DNA of 64,000 bases from Barthelona sp. PCE (Eukaryota): the NCBI GenBank assembly GCA_040285745.1, contig JAUFOR010000008.1:930001-994000 (forward strand). Reading direction: 5' to 3'. Made by a program: the position numbers and the translations under genes. Under the pieces are notes generated by a model, which was not told the DNA's origin, ran no database searches, and saw nothing but the letters and a program-made list of their open reading frames with translations. Shown here piece by piece: positions 10,360 through 21,571 of the stretch (positions are counted from its first letter, which is position 1; each line of letters begins with the position of its first letter).

Positions 10360-12657
10360 ATGTTTGGGTTAAATTCTTTTTCGACAGCTCAACATAGAAA
10401 TCATCTCACAGCTCATGAACGACTAGTGCTTCCGGATGAGTCACGATTTATCAGTTTCACAAATGTTGACGATCATGTGTCTGATGAAGTCATTACAGTT
10501 ATCTCCATTTTGCAACAGATGCTCAAGAGAAGACAAGAAATCGTGTATCCGCAGCTGACAAATCCCGATCCATATCATGCACCAGCCAATCCTCCTTTAT
10601 TTGCACGAGGTGATGTTCCTAAATGTTCAAATCATGAGATCATCTTTAGCAATCACTTTGGATGCTTTTATCTACGCAATAAGGATGAAAAGACCAATAA
10701 CAATGAACAGAATGAGAGCAAATTTTCAGTCGAAGGTCATGCTTGTGGTGCTTGTCATCGTATGCCTCAGCCGCCCAATATATACTTCGACCGAGTGTAT
10801 TCAATGAATTATCTTTGTAACATGGGCTTCATGCGTACTTTTGCAGAGCACAGATTAAAATTGTTGGAAGAGAAATTCAATTTGCACATCAGTATGAATG
10901 GTGAAGTAGAACGTGATAGTCAGCGTAAGTCAAGGCGACGTGATTTTCACTCTGTTGGTAAGGTTGACAATCACATACATGCTGCAGCTGCATTCAACGC
11001 GAAACGTTTATTGCTTTTCATCAGAGAAAAAATCAAAAAAGAGCCTAACACCATCGTACATGTTGAAGATGGTGTAGAAATGACGTTAATGAACATATTT
11101 GAGCGTCTTAATCTTGAGCCATATGATATTTCTCTTGACAGCCTTGCTGTTTCAGCAGATTCGACTCTTTTTCAACGTTTTGATAAGTTTAATAAGAGCT
11201 TTTCACTATTTGAAAGTGCTATATTAAGAACTGTGTTTTTAAAGACCAACAATCACTTAAATGGTAGATTTTTTGCTGAACTGCTTAAAAGTACATTTAA
11301 CAGGCTTGAGAGATGCCAATACGTTGAACTCAGGCTTTCCATATATGGTAAAAGCCTTGATGAGTGGGATCATCTTGCCAAGTGGTTTATTGATCATGAT
11401 ATGGCACATCCTCGTGTTAGATGGCTTATACAGATACCTCGTTTGTTTACGATCCATCAGAAAAACGGATTTGTTCAAACATTTTCGGATTTTATTCAGA
11501 ACATTTTCTTACCTCTTTTTGAAGTAACTGTTAACCCTGATAGCCATCGCTATCTTTTTTTTTTCCTTCAGCACGTTGTCGGTTTTGATACTGTTGACGA
11601 TGAGAGTAAGCCAGAGCAGAAGTATCATGATAAGTATCCTATGCCAACAGAATGGGATATGAAGATTGAACCACCCTACGCATATTACCTATACTTTTTG
11701 TATTCAAACATTTACTCACTCAATGAGGCTAGAAGATTGCGCGGGTTATCTCCTCTTGCATTACGTCCACATGCAGGTGAGGCAGGACATGTTGAACACC
11801 TGGTTGCCACTTTCCTCACTTCGCAGGGTATTAATCACGGAATCAATTTAAGACTCAACCCTGTGCTACAGTACCTGTACTACTTAGCAAAGATTCCGAT
11901 CAGTGTTTCTCCTGTTTCTAACAATACTCTTTTCCTTGATTTGAAGCAGCATCCTTTTGCAGGTTTTTTTAAGCGTGGTTTATTCGTGACATTATCAACA
12001 GACGATCCTTTGCAGTTTCACCTCACACAAATGCCTCTATTGGAAGAGTACTCGATCAGCGCCAAGATTTTCAACTTCCGTGATGTTGATCTTTGTGAAA
12101 TAGCAAAGAACAGTGTTTTGATGAGTGGACTTGATGTAGAAACGAAGCAAAAGTGGTTGGGACGTGGGTTTGATAATGAAGATCTGCTCATTGCCAACGA
12201 TTCTAAGAGAACAAATGTTCCAAATTTGAGATTACATTTTCGTAGGTCGTGTTTCAACAATGAGCATAGTTTACTGAGTCTTGGTGTAACTGATGTCACC
12301 AACCTGTTGAACGCATATAAGAGAGTCAAACAGACCAATCAGCCTCAGGTGAACTGTGATGAAATCACAAACGCAAGCATTGCGAGTGTGGTTGAGTCAT
12401 CTGTTCAAGATATTAGCGATGTTGAATCCTTAATGAACGTGGAAACGAACAGACCTCGAAGCAGAAGTGTGCCAGACGAATCTACAACACCAAAGCCGCA
12501 TATTAAAGGAAATGAAAAGATTAGTATGAGTAGTCCTGTTGAGATGTATTTGGACATAGATATGTTTGAAAAGGCATCGCTACGTAGCCCCACCCATGAT
12601 AATCAGTATCAAAACAGAAGATTAAGCCTTACTAACAATTTGATGTTCAAGTTGTAG
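10360..12657 (+). CDS. AMPD: AMP deaminase
   Basis: KVDNHIHAAA, QRFDKFN, GFDTVDDESKPE, LRPHAGEAG, GINHGINL and LSTDDPLQFH motifs. First ATG at 10360. Confidence 0.96.
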   Translation: MFGLNSFSTAQHRNHLTAHERLVLPDESRFISFTNVDDHVSDEVITVISILQQMLKRRQEIVYPQLTNPDPYHAPANPPLFARGDVPKCSNHEIIFSNHFGCFYLRNKDEKTNNNEQNESKFSVEGHACGACHRMPQPPNIYFDRVYSMNYLCNMGFMRTFAEHRLKLLEEKFNLHISMNGEVERDSQRKSRRRDFHSVGKVDNHIHAAAAFNAKRLLLFIREKIKKEPNTIVHVEDGVEMTLMNIFERLNLEPYDISLDSLAVSADSTLFQRFDKFNKSFSLFESAILRTVFLKTNNHLNGRFFAELLKSTFNRLERCQYVELRLSIYGKSLDEWDHLAKWFIDHDMAHPRVRWLIQIPRLFTIHQKNGFVQTFSDFIQNIFLPLFEVTVNPDSHRYLFFFLQHVVGFDTVDDESKPEQKYHDKYPMPTEWDMKIEPPYAYYLYFLYSNIYSLNEARRLRGLSPLALRPHAGEAGHVEHLVATFLTSQGINHGINLRLNPVLQYLYYLAKIPISVSPVSNNTLFLDLKQHPFAGFFKRGLFVTLSTDDPLQFHLTQMPLLEEYSISAKIFNFRDVDLCEIAKNSVLMSGLDVETKQKWLGRGFDNEDLLIANDSKRTNVPNLRLHFRRSCFNNEHSLLSLGVTDVTNLLNAYKRVKQTNQPQVNCDEITNASIASVVESSVQDISDVESLMNVETNRPRSRSVPDESTTPKPHIKGNEKISMSSPVEMYLDIDMFEKASLRSPTHDNQYQNRRLSLTNNLMFKL

Positions 12658-12696
12658 TTGTTTATCAATAAATCCCTTTTATCAATCTTATCAAAG

Positions 12697-13788
12697 ATGC
12701 TTGCGATAGATGAAACACAGTATTTTGACTTTTTAGGGGAAGAGCATAAGCAAGAAGAGGAGATGGAAATCCGTCCCACTTTTGAATGGGAAGAAGAGAA
12801 TGTTGATCAGTGGGTCTCGCTTAAAGAGGATGAAAACGGGCTAGTGGTTGTTCAAGAAGACCAAGAAGAGACCAAAGAAGAAGCTATTGCTGAGGAAGAG
12901 TCATTACAGCCACTTTACATTAAAAACACTGTTATGGTCATCGATCTCACACACATTACACAGTTCAGAGATTTTTTACCTGATCGAAAAACAGTTCTGT
13001 TGAAAGCTGCACAAGAATTTGCAAATAGCTACATGGAGAATCCTCTTTCAAACTTAAATCTCATTGTAGTACATCCAAATGCAGCTGAAATTAAGGATTT
13101 AACTGTTCAAAATATTGCAGAGAACAAAGAATTACACAAACTAAAAGCAGTAGGAATTCCTAGTCTTGCGTGTGATATTGACAATGCTATTTACAACTTA
13201 TTCCGGTGTGGTTTACCAAGCACTGTTTCAAAAGAGGTTGTTGTCTTCTTTGGAAACTATGGTTCATTTGACACTGAATATTCTTTGCCGGATTTAGTTA
13301 CAAAGCTGCAAACTGACCTTGATGTTCGGGTGTCCGTTCTTGGATTGGGCGCACACGTGCATATTTTGGAGAGATTGTGTTTTGCAAGTGGAGGAACATA
13401 CAAAGTTGCCATTGATTCAGAGGATGCGTACACAAAAGCCAGAGAACTGGCAAAAGAACGTATGAATTCGTGGCCAACCCTCATAAAAATTGGATTTACA
13501 CAAAAGAAAATTATTTCAATTGATGGAAAACGGAATGTACATAAAATTCTTGATTTATGTCCACGTTGTAGTAATATTCTTGAATCTCTACCCTGCTCAT
13601 GTGGTGTATGCCGCCTGTTGGTCACCAATAATGTTTCTTTCCCACAAAAACGAATCAAAAAAATTGTTAAGCTTAATCAAGTTCTAAGTGTTGCCAAAGA
13701 ACCTGGTTTTTGTACAGGGTGTCATTGTGAATTAGAAGATGACACAGACAACTTCTGTGCATTATGCGCTGAATGGTTGAAAAGATAG
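12697..13788 (+). CDS. GTF2H2: TFIIH p44/Ssl1-like subunit (vWA domain plus Zn fingers)
   Basis: FEWEEE...W..LKEDENG N-terminus, VIDLT..., RVSVLGLGAHVHILERLCFASGGTYKVAID, and CPRC...LPCSCGVC. Confidence 0.85.
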   Translation: MLAIDETQYFDFLGEEHKQEEEMEIRPTFEWEEENVDQWVSLKEDENGLVVVQEDQEETKEEAIAEEESLQPLYIKNTVMVIDLTHITQFRDFLPDRKTVLLKAAQEFANSYMENPLSNLNLIVVHPNAAEIKDLTVQNIAENKELHKLKAVGIPSLACDIDNAIYNLFRCGLPSTVSKEVVVFFGNYGSFDTEYSLPDLVTKLQTDLDVRVSVLGLGAHVHILERLCFASGGTYKVAIDSEDAYTKARELAKERMNSWPTLIKIGFTQKKIISIDGKRNVHKILDLCPRCSNILESLPCSCGVCRLLVTNNVSFPQKRIKKIVKLNQVLSVAKEPGFCTGCHCELEDDTDNFCALCAEWLKR

Positions 13789-13790
13789 CA

Positions 13791-14852
13791 TTACAAAAAA
13801 TCACACACATCTTTGTAGAAATTGAAAATGAACTCCATATATTCGATATGTGGTTGAGTTATACATTTGACAGTGAAAATATGATCACCTATACTCTCTA
13901 CAGAATAAAACGGATGAGTATTGTCGTCCTTCAGAAAATACAACAAATGGAAACAAGTGATGTCATACATTGGTGTTAAGGCAGGTAAAGAATCGAACCA
14001 GAGTGAACTTAGAGAAGAACATGTTAGAGCATCATACAGTTCCACATGTTTATCATTACTTTCTGAAAATGCTTCTAGTTTTTCCAGAATAACTGGGCTA
14101 AGGGTCTGAATAATTGATTCTCCGGGGCTACTGACACTGAAATTCACCTGATTGAACATATTTCTGTCCAGATCACGGTATATCGCAATACCTAGCTGAA
14201 AAATTGCATGAAGATCAACACGAGTACATCTTTCACATAAATCATGAATCATTTTCTGTGTCAAACGGGTCTGATAAGCGATGTTTCTTCCCACATAATA
14301 CTGAGGAATTGACTTATCTTGAAAAAATCTAGTTGCAGATTGATACGACTCCCAGTCAGCTCCAATATTAAAGCTACTTCGGTCATTGTAAACCCCCTGG
14401 TAATATACAGAGTGAACAGAAGCGATAGCAGACATATACGGTGAATAGTCAACACCTGGTCCGATAATCATCACTCGCACATTTCTATGTTGTTGAAGTA
14501 TTTTTTTCTTCAATTCAGCGTCTTGAAGAATGCGACTGTCATCGTAAACCTTCTCTCCACGATGCACGTATGCGTTAATATCACTGTCATGGTGATATTC
14601 ATTGATCATTGTACATAAATCCACTTTTCTTCCCTTCCACTCTGTTAAGATTGGAGTTGAGAATACAGGGACATTCATACCCACACAGTCAATCAACCAA
14701 TTGGCCAAGTGAGCCCGTGCATTGTTATTACCTGATACACAGCTCACATATAGTAAATTAACGTTCCCATCGTTAACAAGTTTTAATAGGGTTGCAAGAA
14801 CCTGCAAATCATCACTGTCGTGCCCAATGTCCGTTTCAATAACGATATTCAT
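13791..14852 (-). CDS. Divergent nucleoside hydrolase-like protein
   Basis: N-terminal IVIETDIGHDSDD resembles the Asp-rich Ca-binding motif of IU-nucleoside hydrolases; also IIGP, SFNIGADW and PMYD segments. Confidence 0.55.
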   Translation of the reverse strand: MNIVIETDIGHDSDDLQVLATLLKLVNDGNVNLLYVSCVSGNNNARAHLANWLIDCVGMNVPVFSTPILTEWKGRKVDLCTMINEYHHDSDINAYVHRGEKVYDDSRILQDAELKKKILQQHRNVRVMIIGPGVDYSPYMSAIASVHSVYYQGVYNDRSSFNIGADWESYQSATRFFQDKSIPQYYVGRNIAYQTRLTQKMIHDLCERCTRVDLHAIFQLGIAIYRDLDRNMFNQVNFSVSSPGESIIQTLSPVILEKLEAFSESNDKHVELYDALTCSSLSSLWFDSLPALTPMYDITCFHLLYFLKDDNTHPFYSVESIGDHIFTVKCITQPHIEYMEFIFNFYKDVCDFL

Positions 14853-15037
14853 CAAAAAAACAAAGCCTATGAGGGTAATAAGAGTAAAAACATACTTGAA
14901 TAATTTCAAGCAAATGTTCTGCTTCTAAAGATCGCAAAGAACAGATAAGTGATGTTCAACAACTGTAAAAGGGAAAGATACAAATAGGATCACTAACTAC
15001 TCGATCATTTATTCACTATTATGTTAAAAATGGATGT

Positions 15038-15649
15038 CTATTTTCTATCTCTCAACTTTCCTTGGCAGTGCTTGAGCACAACCTCGATACCTTTCACATC
15101 TAAACTATCAACCAATGCGATTGCTGCATAAAGAACTTTTTCTGCTGCATTTGGAGCGCCAAAACCAAGCTTGGCCACTCTGGGCTCAACTGTTTCTTCA
15201 GCAACCACTTCTTCTTCCTTATCACCAGGATCGAAATTTCGTGCTAGAATGCGTTCTTCATCAGTGACTTCTTCCATGTCCAACTTCTTCAGTTGTGGGA
15301 GGTAATGCAGGACATATAATCTGTAGCTTTCCTTTGCAGCACAAGGATTATCACCAAGCCAAAGTTCTTCAAGATTCTCCAAATTGGCCAGATACCTTAC
15401 GTCCTCAAGATTTTCGATAGCATTACGACGCAGGTACAATTCCTTCAGGTTTTTGCAATGCATAAACGGTTTTAGACTGCTAATGTTGTTCATAGTAAGA
15501 GCAAGAGTTTCAACCTGTGTTAAAAATCTGACAATTGAAACATCTCCGAGTCTCTGACCCCAAAGAGTTAATGATTTGATGCTTCCCAGATCGCTTGTAC
15601 CTGTCCTAGACTGAATAAGGTCAGCCGTTAAAATTACTTTTTGTGACAT
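15038..15649 (-). CDS. CFAP410: CFAP410/C21orf2-like LRR protein
   Basis: IKSLTLWGQRLGDVSI, LKELYLRRNAI, LWLGDNPC...YRLYVLHYLPQLKKLD...VTDEE, and C-terminal VLYAAIALVDSLD. Confidence 0.85.
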   Translation of the reverse strand: MSQKVILTADLIQSRTGTSDLGSIKSLTLWGQRLGDVSIVRFLTQVETLALTMNNISSLKPFMHCKNLKELYLRRNAIENLEDVRYLANLENLEELWLGDNPCAAKESYRLYVLHYLPQLKKLDMEEVTDEERILARNFDPGDKEEEVVAEETVEPRVAKLGFGAPNAAEKVLYAAIALVDSLDVKGIEVVLKHCQGKLRDRK

Positions 15650-16018
15650 TAAAATTTGGTTCAAAATCGATTATTAAGTGTTTGTACAGGTGTGCTGTGG
15701 ATCGAAAATTATCGAATCCTATTGATATGGGTGGGAATAGTGATTTCAAAACAGTATTTTGTTTGAACCGCGATTCTACATTACTATAATCATTTGTGGG
15801 AAATTTAAAGTCACTTTTCAATTTTTTTTTACCACAAGCACAAAGAATAAAAGATGTCTTGAATAATCAAAGATGATCCTTTTTGTGGATTTTTACATGT
15901 ATAAACCCCTAAACTGCTCCATATACTCCCTATAATCCGTGTGGAAAAAAGACAAAAAAACAATTAAAGCGATAATTACTTGATTTCCTTTTCTTTACCC
16001 ATCTCAATTTTATTTTTC

Positions 16019-17329
16019 ATGAATTTAAGCAATGGGCGGGCCACCACTGTTGAGACTTCAGCACTGTTGACCTATGATAAAGGTTCTTCACACATAGAAG
16101 GTCATAAGCAAAAATCTACTACTGTATCACTTGTATCTGTGTATATTAATTTCATTATTGGCGTAGCAGTACTAACTTTCCCCTCTCTGTACTCTCACGG
16201 ACTGATATGCGGATTGATTGTTACCCTGTGTAGTACACTTCTATCATACATCACTCTTCGTCTACTTTTCATTGCCATAACGCGTTTACAGGCTCAGCAG
16301 GCTGTTGATGAAATCGAACACCTTACTGGTCGGATACACACGTACAATACTTCACTTGAATCCAAGATTGAAATGGGTGAAGCATGTGAACTTGCAAAGG
16401 GTAAGTTTTTACGCACAATTTATGATTATTCATTCACTTTTTTTGAATATTTTATTCTTGCAGCATTCACCAATACGTTTTCTGATGCACTAAAAGAATC
16501 TTTTCCAATTGAAAACGGTCATTACATTTATGTCGTTGGTTTTGCATTATTTGTTGTTCCTGTAACAACATTAGGTATTAAGGAGCAAAAAGGGTTCCAA
16601 CTTTTAATGACTGTTGCCCGATTTCTGTTATTTTTCTTGCTTGTTTCAATGGCAATTGATGGTATAATGCAAGATGGAATTACGAAAAAAGTTTGGGAGT
16701 TTGACCCTTTAGATTTTCCTTCAATGTTCAATGGAATCGTTATCTGTCAAGTTATACATCATGGTATGGCAAGTTTAAGTAACATTGGTGAAGGCAGAGA
16801 TATTAACAAAGCTCTTAAGTGGGCAATGTTCTTTACTTCATTTTTCTACATGCTAATCGGAACTGTTGGGTTTTTGTGGATTGGATCACCACCTACAATC
16901 ATTTCACAACATTTCATTCCACTCGCTAAACATGCTACAGGTCTTAAAAAGATTGGTTATTACTATATTGCACTTTTCCCGGCTTTAGATATTATTTCAG
17001 CATTTCCTCTTGGAGGACTTACATTAGCATCTACTATTGGCAACTTTAAGACCTTAAAAGGAAAGACAAAAAGTTCCAGACTTATAGCTGCTATTCCCCC
17101 TATCACCATTGCATTCTTTTTTTCAAACATTCACTTACTTATGGAGTTTGCTGGTTTGTTTGCTTATGTTATCGCATTTATCATTCCATGTTTGTTGTAT
17201 CTTAATACTCCATCATCGATCAAAACAACACATGATTTACCAAAATTCTTGCAATCTAAGTTATTCATCAAATGTATTTTCTATTTCGGTTTAGTTTCAC
17301 TACTAATTGGTATTATAGGTATTCGTTAG
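16019..17329 (+). CDS. Amino-acid transporter family (Aa_trans, TMEM104-like) membrane protein
   Basis: YINFIIGVAVLTFP first TM, about 10-11 hydrophobic segments, FPALDIISAFPL and AGLFAYVIAFIIP. Confidence 0.85.
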   Translation: MNLSNGRATTVETSALLTYDKGSSHIEGHKQKSTTVSLVSVYINFIIGVAVLTFPSLYSHGLICGLIVTLCSTLLSYITLRLLFIAITRLQAQQAVDEIEHLTGRIHTYNTSLESKIEMGEACELAKGKFLRTIYDYSFTFFEYFILAAFTNTFSDALKESFPIENGHYIYVVGFALFVVPVTTLGIKEQKGFQLLMTVARFLLFFLLVSMAIDGIMQDGITKKVWEFDPLDFPSMFNGIVICQVIHHGMASLSNIGEGRDINKALKWAMFFTSFFYMLIGTVGFLWIGSPPTIISQHFIPLAKHATGLKKIGYYYIALFPALDIISAFPLGGLTLASTIGNFKTLKGKTKSSRLIAAIPPITIAFFFSNIHLLMEFAGLFAYVIAFIIPCLLYLNTPSSIKTTHDLPKFLQSKLFIKCIFYFGLVSLLIGIIGIR

Positions 17330-17769
17330 TTGACAATAAACTTTCTGTAATGTTTACCTTGTCTTCTCTTATGAGATTTGTTAAACGTAAAAAGCCAACC
17401 ACGATGCAAATAAAATTCCGATGTAAGGGTTTGTGGGTTTGTTATGAGATCATTGTTAACCTCAAGGAGCACTGCTCCCTTCATATTTAGGGAAATATTA
17501 TGCTTAACACCTGATTCCATCTCAATCTCGCATAAAATGTCCGTTGGCCTAATTGGAATGCTTCCAATATGCTTCTTTCCCTCAATTTCAGGAATGAACG
17601 GGAAATGAACTGTTTCAACGATATCATCATCAGAAAATGCAGGATGATTATCTGTAAGACACAAAACACCCACATCATTTGGATGAATATGCACAACGAA
17701 GCCCTTATATGCAAATTCAAACGATTCAAAACGCTCGTCAGTGAATGAAGGTACGGAATACTCGGACAT
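17326..17769 (-). CDS. Hypothetical protein, 147 aa
   Basis: ATG-started ORF that exactly fills the gap between its neighbours; no family recognised. Confidence 0.6.
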   Translation of the reverse strand: MSEYSVPSFTDERFESFEFAYKGFVVHIHPNDVGVLCLTDNHPAFSDDDIVETVHFPFIPEIEGKKHIGSIPIRPTDILCEIEMESGVKHNISLNMKGAVLLEVNNDLITNPQTLTSEFYLHRGWLFTFNKSHKRRQGKHYRKFIVN

Positions 17770-17827
17770 TAGAGTGTTAAAACAAATAGTACCTATTTCG
17801 AATGAATAATTTAATTAGAACTTAGGG

Positions 17828-20215
17828 ATGCACACTCTTATAATAGTATTCAGTTTGCTGTTGATGACTGCTTATGCAAATAATGCAAATGAAGAGGTTG
17901 TTGATATTTTGCTCAGCACCCCTCCCGAAACATTCCACACCTTGGCACCTTTTAACTTTGTTCCACTGGGGTTTAGCGATAACACATCGATTGTTTACTC
18001 TAGAGATGGATTGGCACGATTTGCCCGAGAGTTTCGGCTAGATTTACCGCAACAGATTAAATTTCCTACATGGGCACAGCATAAACATTTCCACAACAGA
18101 CTAGAGCACCGAGTGAAGCTTAACAAACCTAAATATAATGATAATCAACTGACAAATATGTTGTCAAAGATTGTCAACCAGATCAAAAGACCTATTTCGA
18201 AAACTAGAGTAGCTGGTGTTGAGTGTGCCTTTGCAGTTGATTATAGAGTGGTAGAGGCATTTCTCAAAGATTTTTTGAAACTAATTGAAAAGGGTGAGGA
18301 TGTGACATTCTTTGTATTCAGTCCAAATATGACCATTTTAGATCTAAAACAACCGTCCATTAACAAGGAATGTGACTATTTCTATGTGAACGGTCTTTTA
18401 GCTGAAGAATTCAAGAGAGCTGAACACCCACATAATTTATCCACCCTCGAGTATCTCATGAATGATCCAACAGATTTTGATTCGATAGATAGTCTTTTAC
18501 AGGAATGGGAGGTTAGACTTGAGGTGTTTGATGCAGTGAAGGGCATTGTTGTTGATTATAACAAGTTAGCAAAGGTTTCTTCACGTGCATTCGATCGGCT
18601 TCTAAATAAGAGCTTAAATCCTGTCCTTACGGACGTGTTCATCAGTAATTCGTTTGTTTTCCATGACATTCAAGCTGGAGACGTACAATTCGCAGACACT
18701 CAGAGAGGTTCGCATTCGCAGGAATATCAGGGTTACGAAAGTTTAATTTCTCCAAAGATGCACACATATGTGCGTGCACTAAAGATGCATATGGTAAAAT
18801 ATGGTGCAGATGATCTCAACAAATTTGAGCTGACTGTCCTGCAAAAATTCTGTCGAGTAACGTGTCCAGAAATAAGTGCCCAGTTGAAACGTGTCAATGG
18901 ATCTCTAACTGGATCTAATATTGTTTTAGGGTTATTACATCATGATTTAAACTCATTTATTGTTCGTGCAATTTCTAGTGTATTTATTCGGCCTGTTATG
19001 TTACATAGTAACATATTTAATCACGAAAAAGCGCTGAAAATGCCTTCATCTGTTGTTTTTGATACAGTTATCATTCGGGATCACTCAAACCCATTACGTC
19101 TATCTCATTTGGGATTTGCTCTCAATCAAATATCCATAAATCATGATATCGAAGTCACGCATAAACAAGTGGAATCGGATTCTCTTATTACATCCAGCCT
19201 GTTACAGTCTTTAATAATCAAAAAACGAACTGTGATTGATGCGAGAAACACGAATTGGGTTCACCAGGATTACTTTTCTCTTGATGGTGATTCATTTTTG
19301 GAAGGTGTCATCCGTAATAAGATGTGCACAACTGATGACATCCTTCGCGTTCCCTTATATATCGTATCACTTTCTACTGAAATTCCATTGGAAGAAACCC
19401 ATCAAGTATTTAAAGGAGGTATGGTTGTTACTCATTGGAATCGAGATGAAGATGTAGTTGTGACACGTTCTGTATTTGAAACTAATGGGAATAATTATAG
19501 ATACGATGGTATTCATGAATTGCATAAGAATGTTGTTCAATGTATTTATGAATGTGTTTATGGTGCCACGGCGGTAAAGTTTCTGCAATTTGGCGTCGGA
19601 GATAGCGCTTTTCAACAGTTTAGCAGTAATTCAGGTATTCCAGAATTTGAACGAAAGTATTGGCACAATAATCATGCTTTGTTGTATGGTAGTACACTTT
19701 TAGATAGAACAATCAAGCTTCACAGGAGATTTGACGATCTTTTTGACGAAGGATACATGGATAAAGTACTGAAAAAAACAGAAGGATTGCACTTAATTGA
19801 TTTTGAACTCGGCTTTAGTGACCTGCATCAAGTTGTCGAACTGCCACTTAAACATCACAATCTTGCTCATGTACCCAGGTCAGTACTGCATAATGTTACT
19901 ATTATTGGTTTTCAGCTCAAACTCCAAATCGCCACACTGGTTACTCAACCAACGTTATTCCATGTTAATACACTACAAACATATGTAACCAGATTTGAAG
20001 AGGCCCTTGAGGAGCTTGAGTCATTCATTCATCGATCCGTTTGTAAGACTAAAAAATCAAAAACAGAAAGCAGCTTAGATTTTGGTGACTTTCTTTTACC
20101 CTTCCTTATTATAGTTTTTGAGTTATCTTTTGCAGTATTTTTGATGAAAAAGATCATTAAACAGTTCCGAAAGAGAGTTAGATTACCTATTTTTGCACGT
20201 TCGCAGCGTTTATAG
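17828..20215 (+). CDS. Uncharacterised type I membrane protein, 795 aa
   Basis: Signal peptide, long luminal region and one C-terminal TM followed by a basic tail. Confidence 0.75.
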   Translation: MHTLIIVFSLLLMTAYANNANEEVVDILLSTPPETFHTLAPFNFVPLGFSDNTSIVYSRDGLARFAREFRLDLPQQIKFPTWAQHKHFHNRLEHRVKLNKPKYNDNQLTNMLSKIVNQIKRPISKTRVAGVECAFAVDYRVVEAFLKDFLKLIEKGEDVTFFVFSPNMTILDLKQPSINKECDYFYVNGLLAEEFKRAEHPHNLSTLEYLMNDPTDFDSIDSLLQEWEVRLEVFDAVKGIVVDYNKLAKVSSRAFDRLLNKSLNPVLTDVFISNSFVFHDIQAGDVQFADTQRGSHSQEYQGYESLISPKMHTYVRALKMHMVKYGADDLNKFELTVLQKFCRVTCPEISAQLKRVNGSLTGSNIVLGLLHHDLNSFIVRAISSVFIRPVMLHSNIFNHEKALKMPSSVVFDTVIIRDHSNPLRLSHLGFALNQISINHDIEVTHKQVESDSLITSSLLQSLIIKKRTVIDARNTNWVHQDYFSLDGDSFLEGVIRNKMCTTDDILRVPLYIVSLSTEIPLEETHQVFKGGMVVTHWNRDEDVVVTRSVFETNGNNYRYDGIHELHKNVVQCIYECVYGATAVKFLQFGVGDSAFQQFSSNSGIPEFERKYWHNNHALLYGSTLLDRTIKLHRRFDDLFDEGYMDKVLKKTEGLHLIDFELGFSDLHQVVELPLKHHNLAHVPRSVLHNVTIIGFQLKLQIATLVTQPTLFHVNTLQTYVTRFEEALEELESFIHRSVCKTKKSKTESSLDFGDFLLPFLIIVFELSFAVFLMKKIIKQFRKRVRLPIFARSQRL

Positions 20216-20317
20216 TAAAGAGTGTTTATGTAATTTTCACCCTTCTCTCTCATCTTACAATTTTTTAGAGGTGTTGTGGGTTGCTTTTTTGATTAATTTG
20301 AATGCACTGAGTATAAA

Positions 20318-20680
20318 ATGAGTGATACAACAAAGAGCAGGAGCAGAACAGAAAATGCTTATTACATGGGAAGCAGTACTGCTGCTAAAGAAACCATAAC
20401 GGATGATACATATAAGGTTTTAACTGACAAGCACCGAAAAGAAGGGGGTCCATTTTGCTGGAACTGTAAGCAAAGAGGTCATTATTCATATCAATGTAGT
20501 TCTGAGTATTTGAACATACCAAACACTATTAGAGACCGTGCCCTAAAGGATATGACGTCAGATTCAAAAGAGATTGACCCTGCACTTGAAGAAGATTCTA
20601 CTCCTGCAACTGATTTTGATGCTAAAATTACTGCTCCAGTGAAATCCATCGAGTCTATGCCGGAACCGTGGGCCATGTAG
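20318..20680 (+). CDS. Small CCHC zinc-knuckle protein
   Basis: CWNCKQRGHYSYQC fits CX2CX4HX4C. Confidence 0.75.
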   Translation: MSDTTKSRSRTENAYYMGSSTAAKETITDDTYKVLTDKHRKEGGPFCWNCKQRGHYSYQCSSEYLNIPNTIRDRALKDMTSDSKEIDPALEEDSTPATDFDAKITAPVKSIESMPEPWAM

Positions 20681-20732
20681 TGAAATAAAGATTTTTGAAT
20701 TGGTTTCTTTTTTTTGACCCTTTACACACACA

Positions 20733-21281
20733 ATGAGAAAGCTGAAATTTCATGAACAGAAACTCTTAAAGAAGCACAACTTCTTCAACTATCAGGGAGA
20801 ACACAATCTGCACGAAATTGAAGTTATTCGAAGATATCGACTTCGTAATCGTGAAGAATATGTTAAGTATAATCATCTGGCGGGAGAAATCACGAGCTTT
20901 GTGAACTTTTTGAAGCAAATGGAGTCTAATGACCCTATGCGAGTGCGTTACACACAATTTTTACTCGATAAACTATGGGAGATGGGTTTGATTTCAGCTA
21001 AAACATCACTTGTATCTTGTGAGAAGCTTGGTCCAGCAGCATTTGCTCGACGAAGGTTAGCAACAGTGCTAGTTACACAGAAATTTTCTCCCAACCTACA
21101 AAAAGCAACAGAAATGATTGAACAAGGACATATCCGAGTCGGACCCAACGTGATAACCGATCCCGCTTTCTTAGTCAACCGCGCTCTAATTGACCACGTA
21201 CATTTTACTGAAGACTCTAAATATCTTCGTCATATCAAGGTTTACAAAGACGAGGTTGATGATTTTGTTTTGCTTAACTAG
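20733..21281 (+). CDS. IMP3: U3 snoRNP protein Imp3
   Basis: MRKLKFHEQKLLKK, FARRRLATV and IEQGHIRVGPNVITDPAFLVNR (S4 domain). Confidence 0.97.
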   Translation: MRKLKFHEQKLLKKHNFFNYQGEHNLHEIEVIRRYRLRNREEYVKYNHLAGEITSFVNFLKQMESNDPMRVRYTQFLLDKLWEMGLISAKTSLVSCEKLGPAAFARRRLATVLVTQKFSPNLQKATEMIEQGHIRVGPNVITDPAFLVNRALIDHVHFTEDSKYLRHIKVYKDEVDDFVLLN

Positions 21282-21283
21282 AG

Positions 21284-21571
21284 TTATCCACCATGAGCCA
21301 TTGCAATAAACGTTACTAGTTGATTATCATTGATTTCTGTCTCCATTCCATCAAGTACATCGATGTCTTCTTCATCTATAAGTACACAGATCCCTGGCCT
21401 GATGACCTCGTCCTCATCTTCATCGATGAATAGGTGTCTTTTTTCTGTAGGAATGGATTCAGCAAGGTTCAAAACTACTTGCTCTATTGTGGATGAATTT
21501 TCAATTGAAATATCCATTCTATCGGTGCCAAATAAGCTGTCCAACCCTCCCCTAAACTCAAAAATGACCAT
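21284..21571 (-). CDS. URM1: Ubiquitin-related modifier Urm1
   Basis: EFRGGLDSLF, IRPGICVLIDEED and C-terminal HGG. Confidence 0.92.
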   Translation of the reverse strand: MVIFEFRGGLDSLFGTDRMDISIENSSTIEQVVLNLAESIPTEKRHLFIDEDEDEVIRPGICVLIDEEDIDVLDGMETEINDNQLVTFIAMAHGG

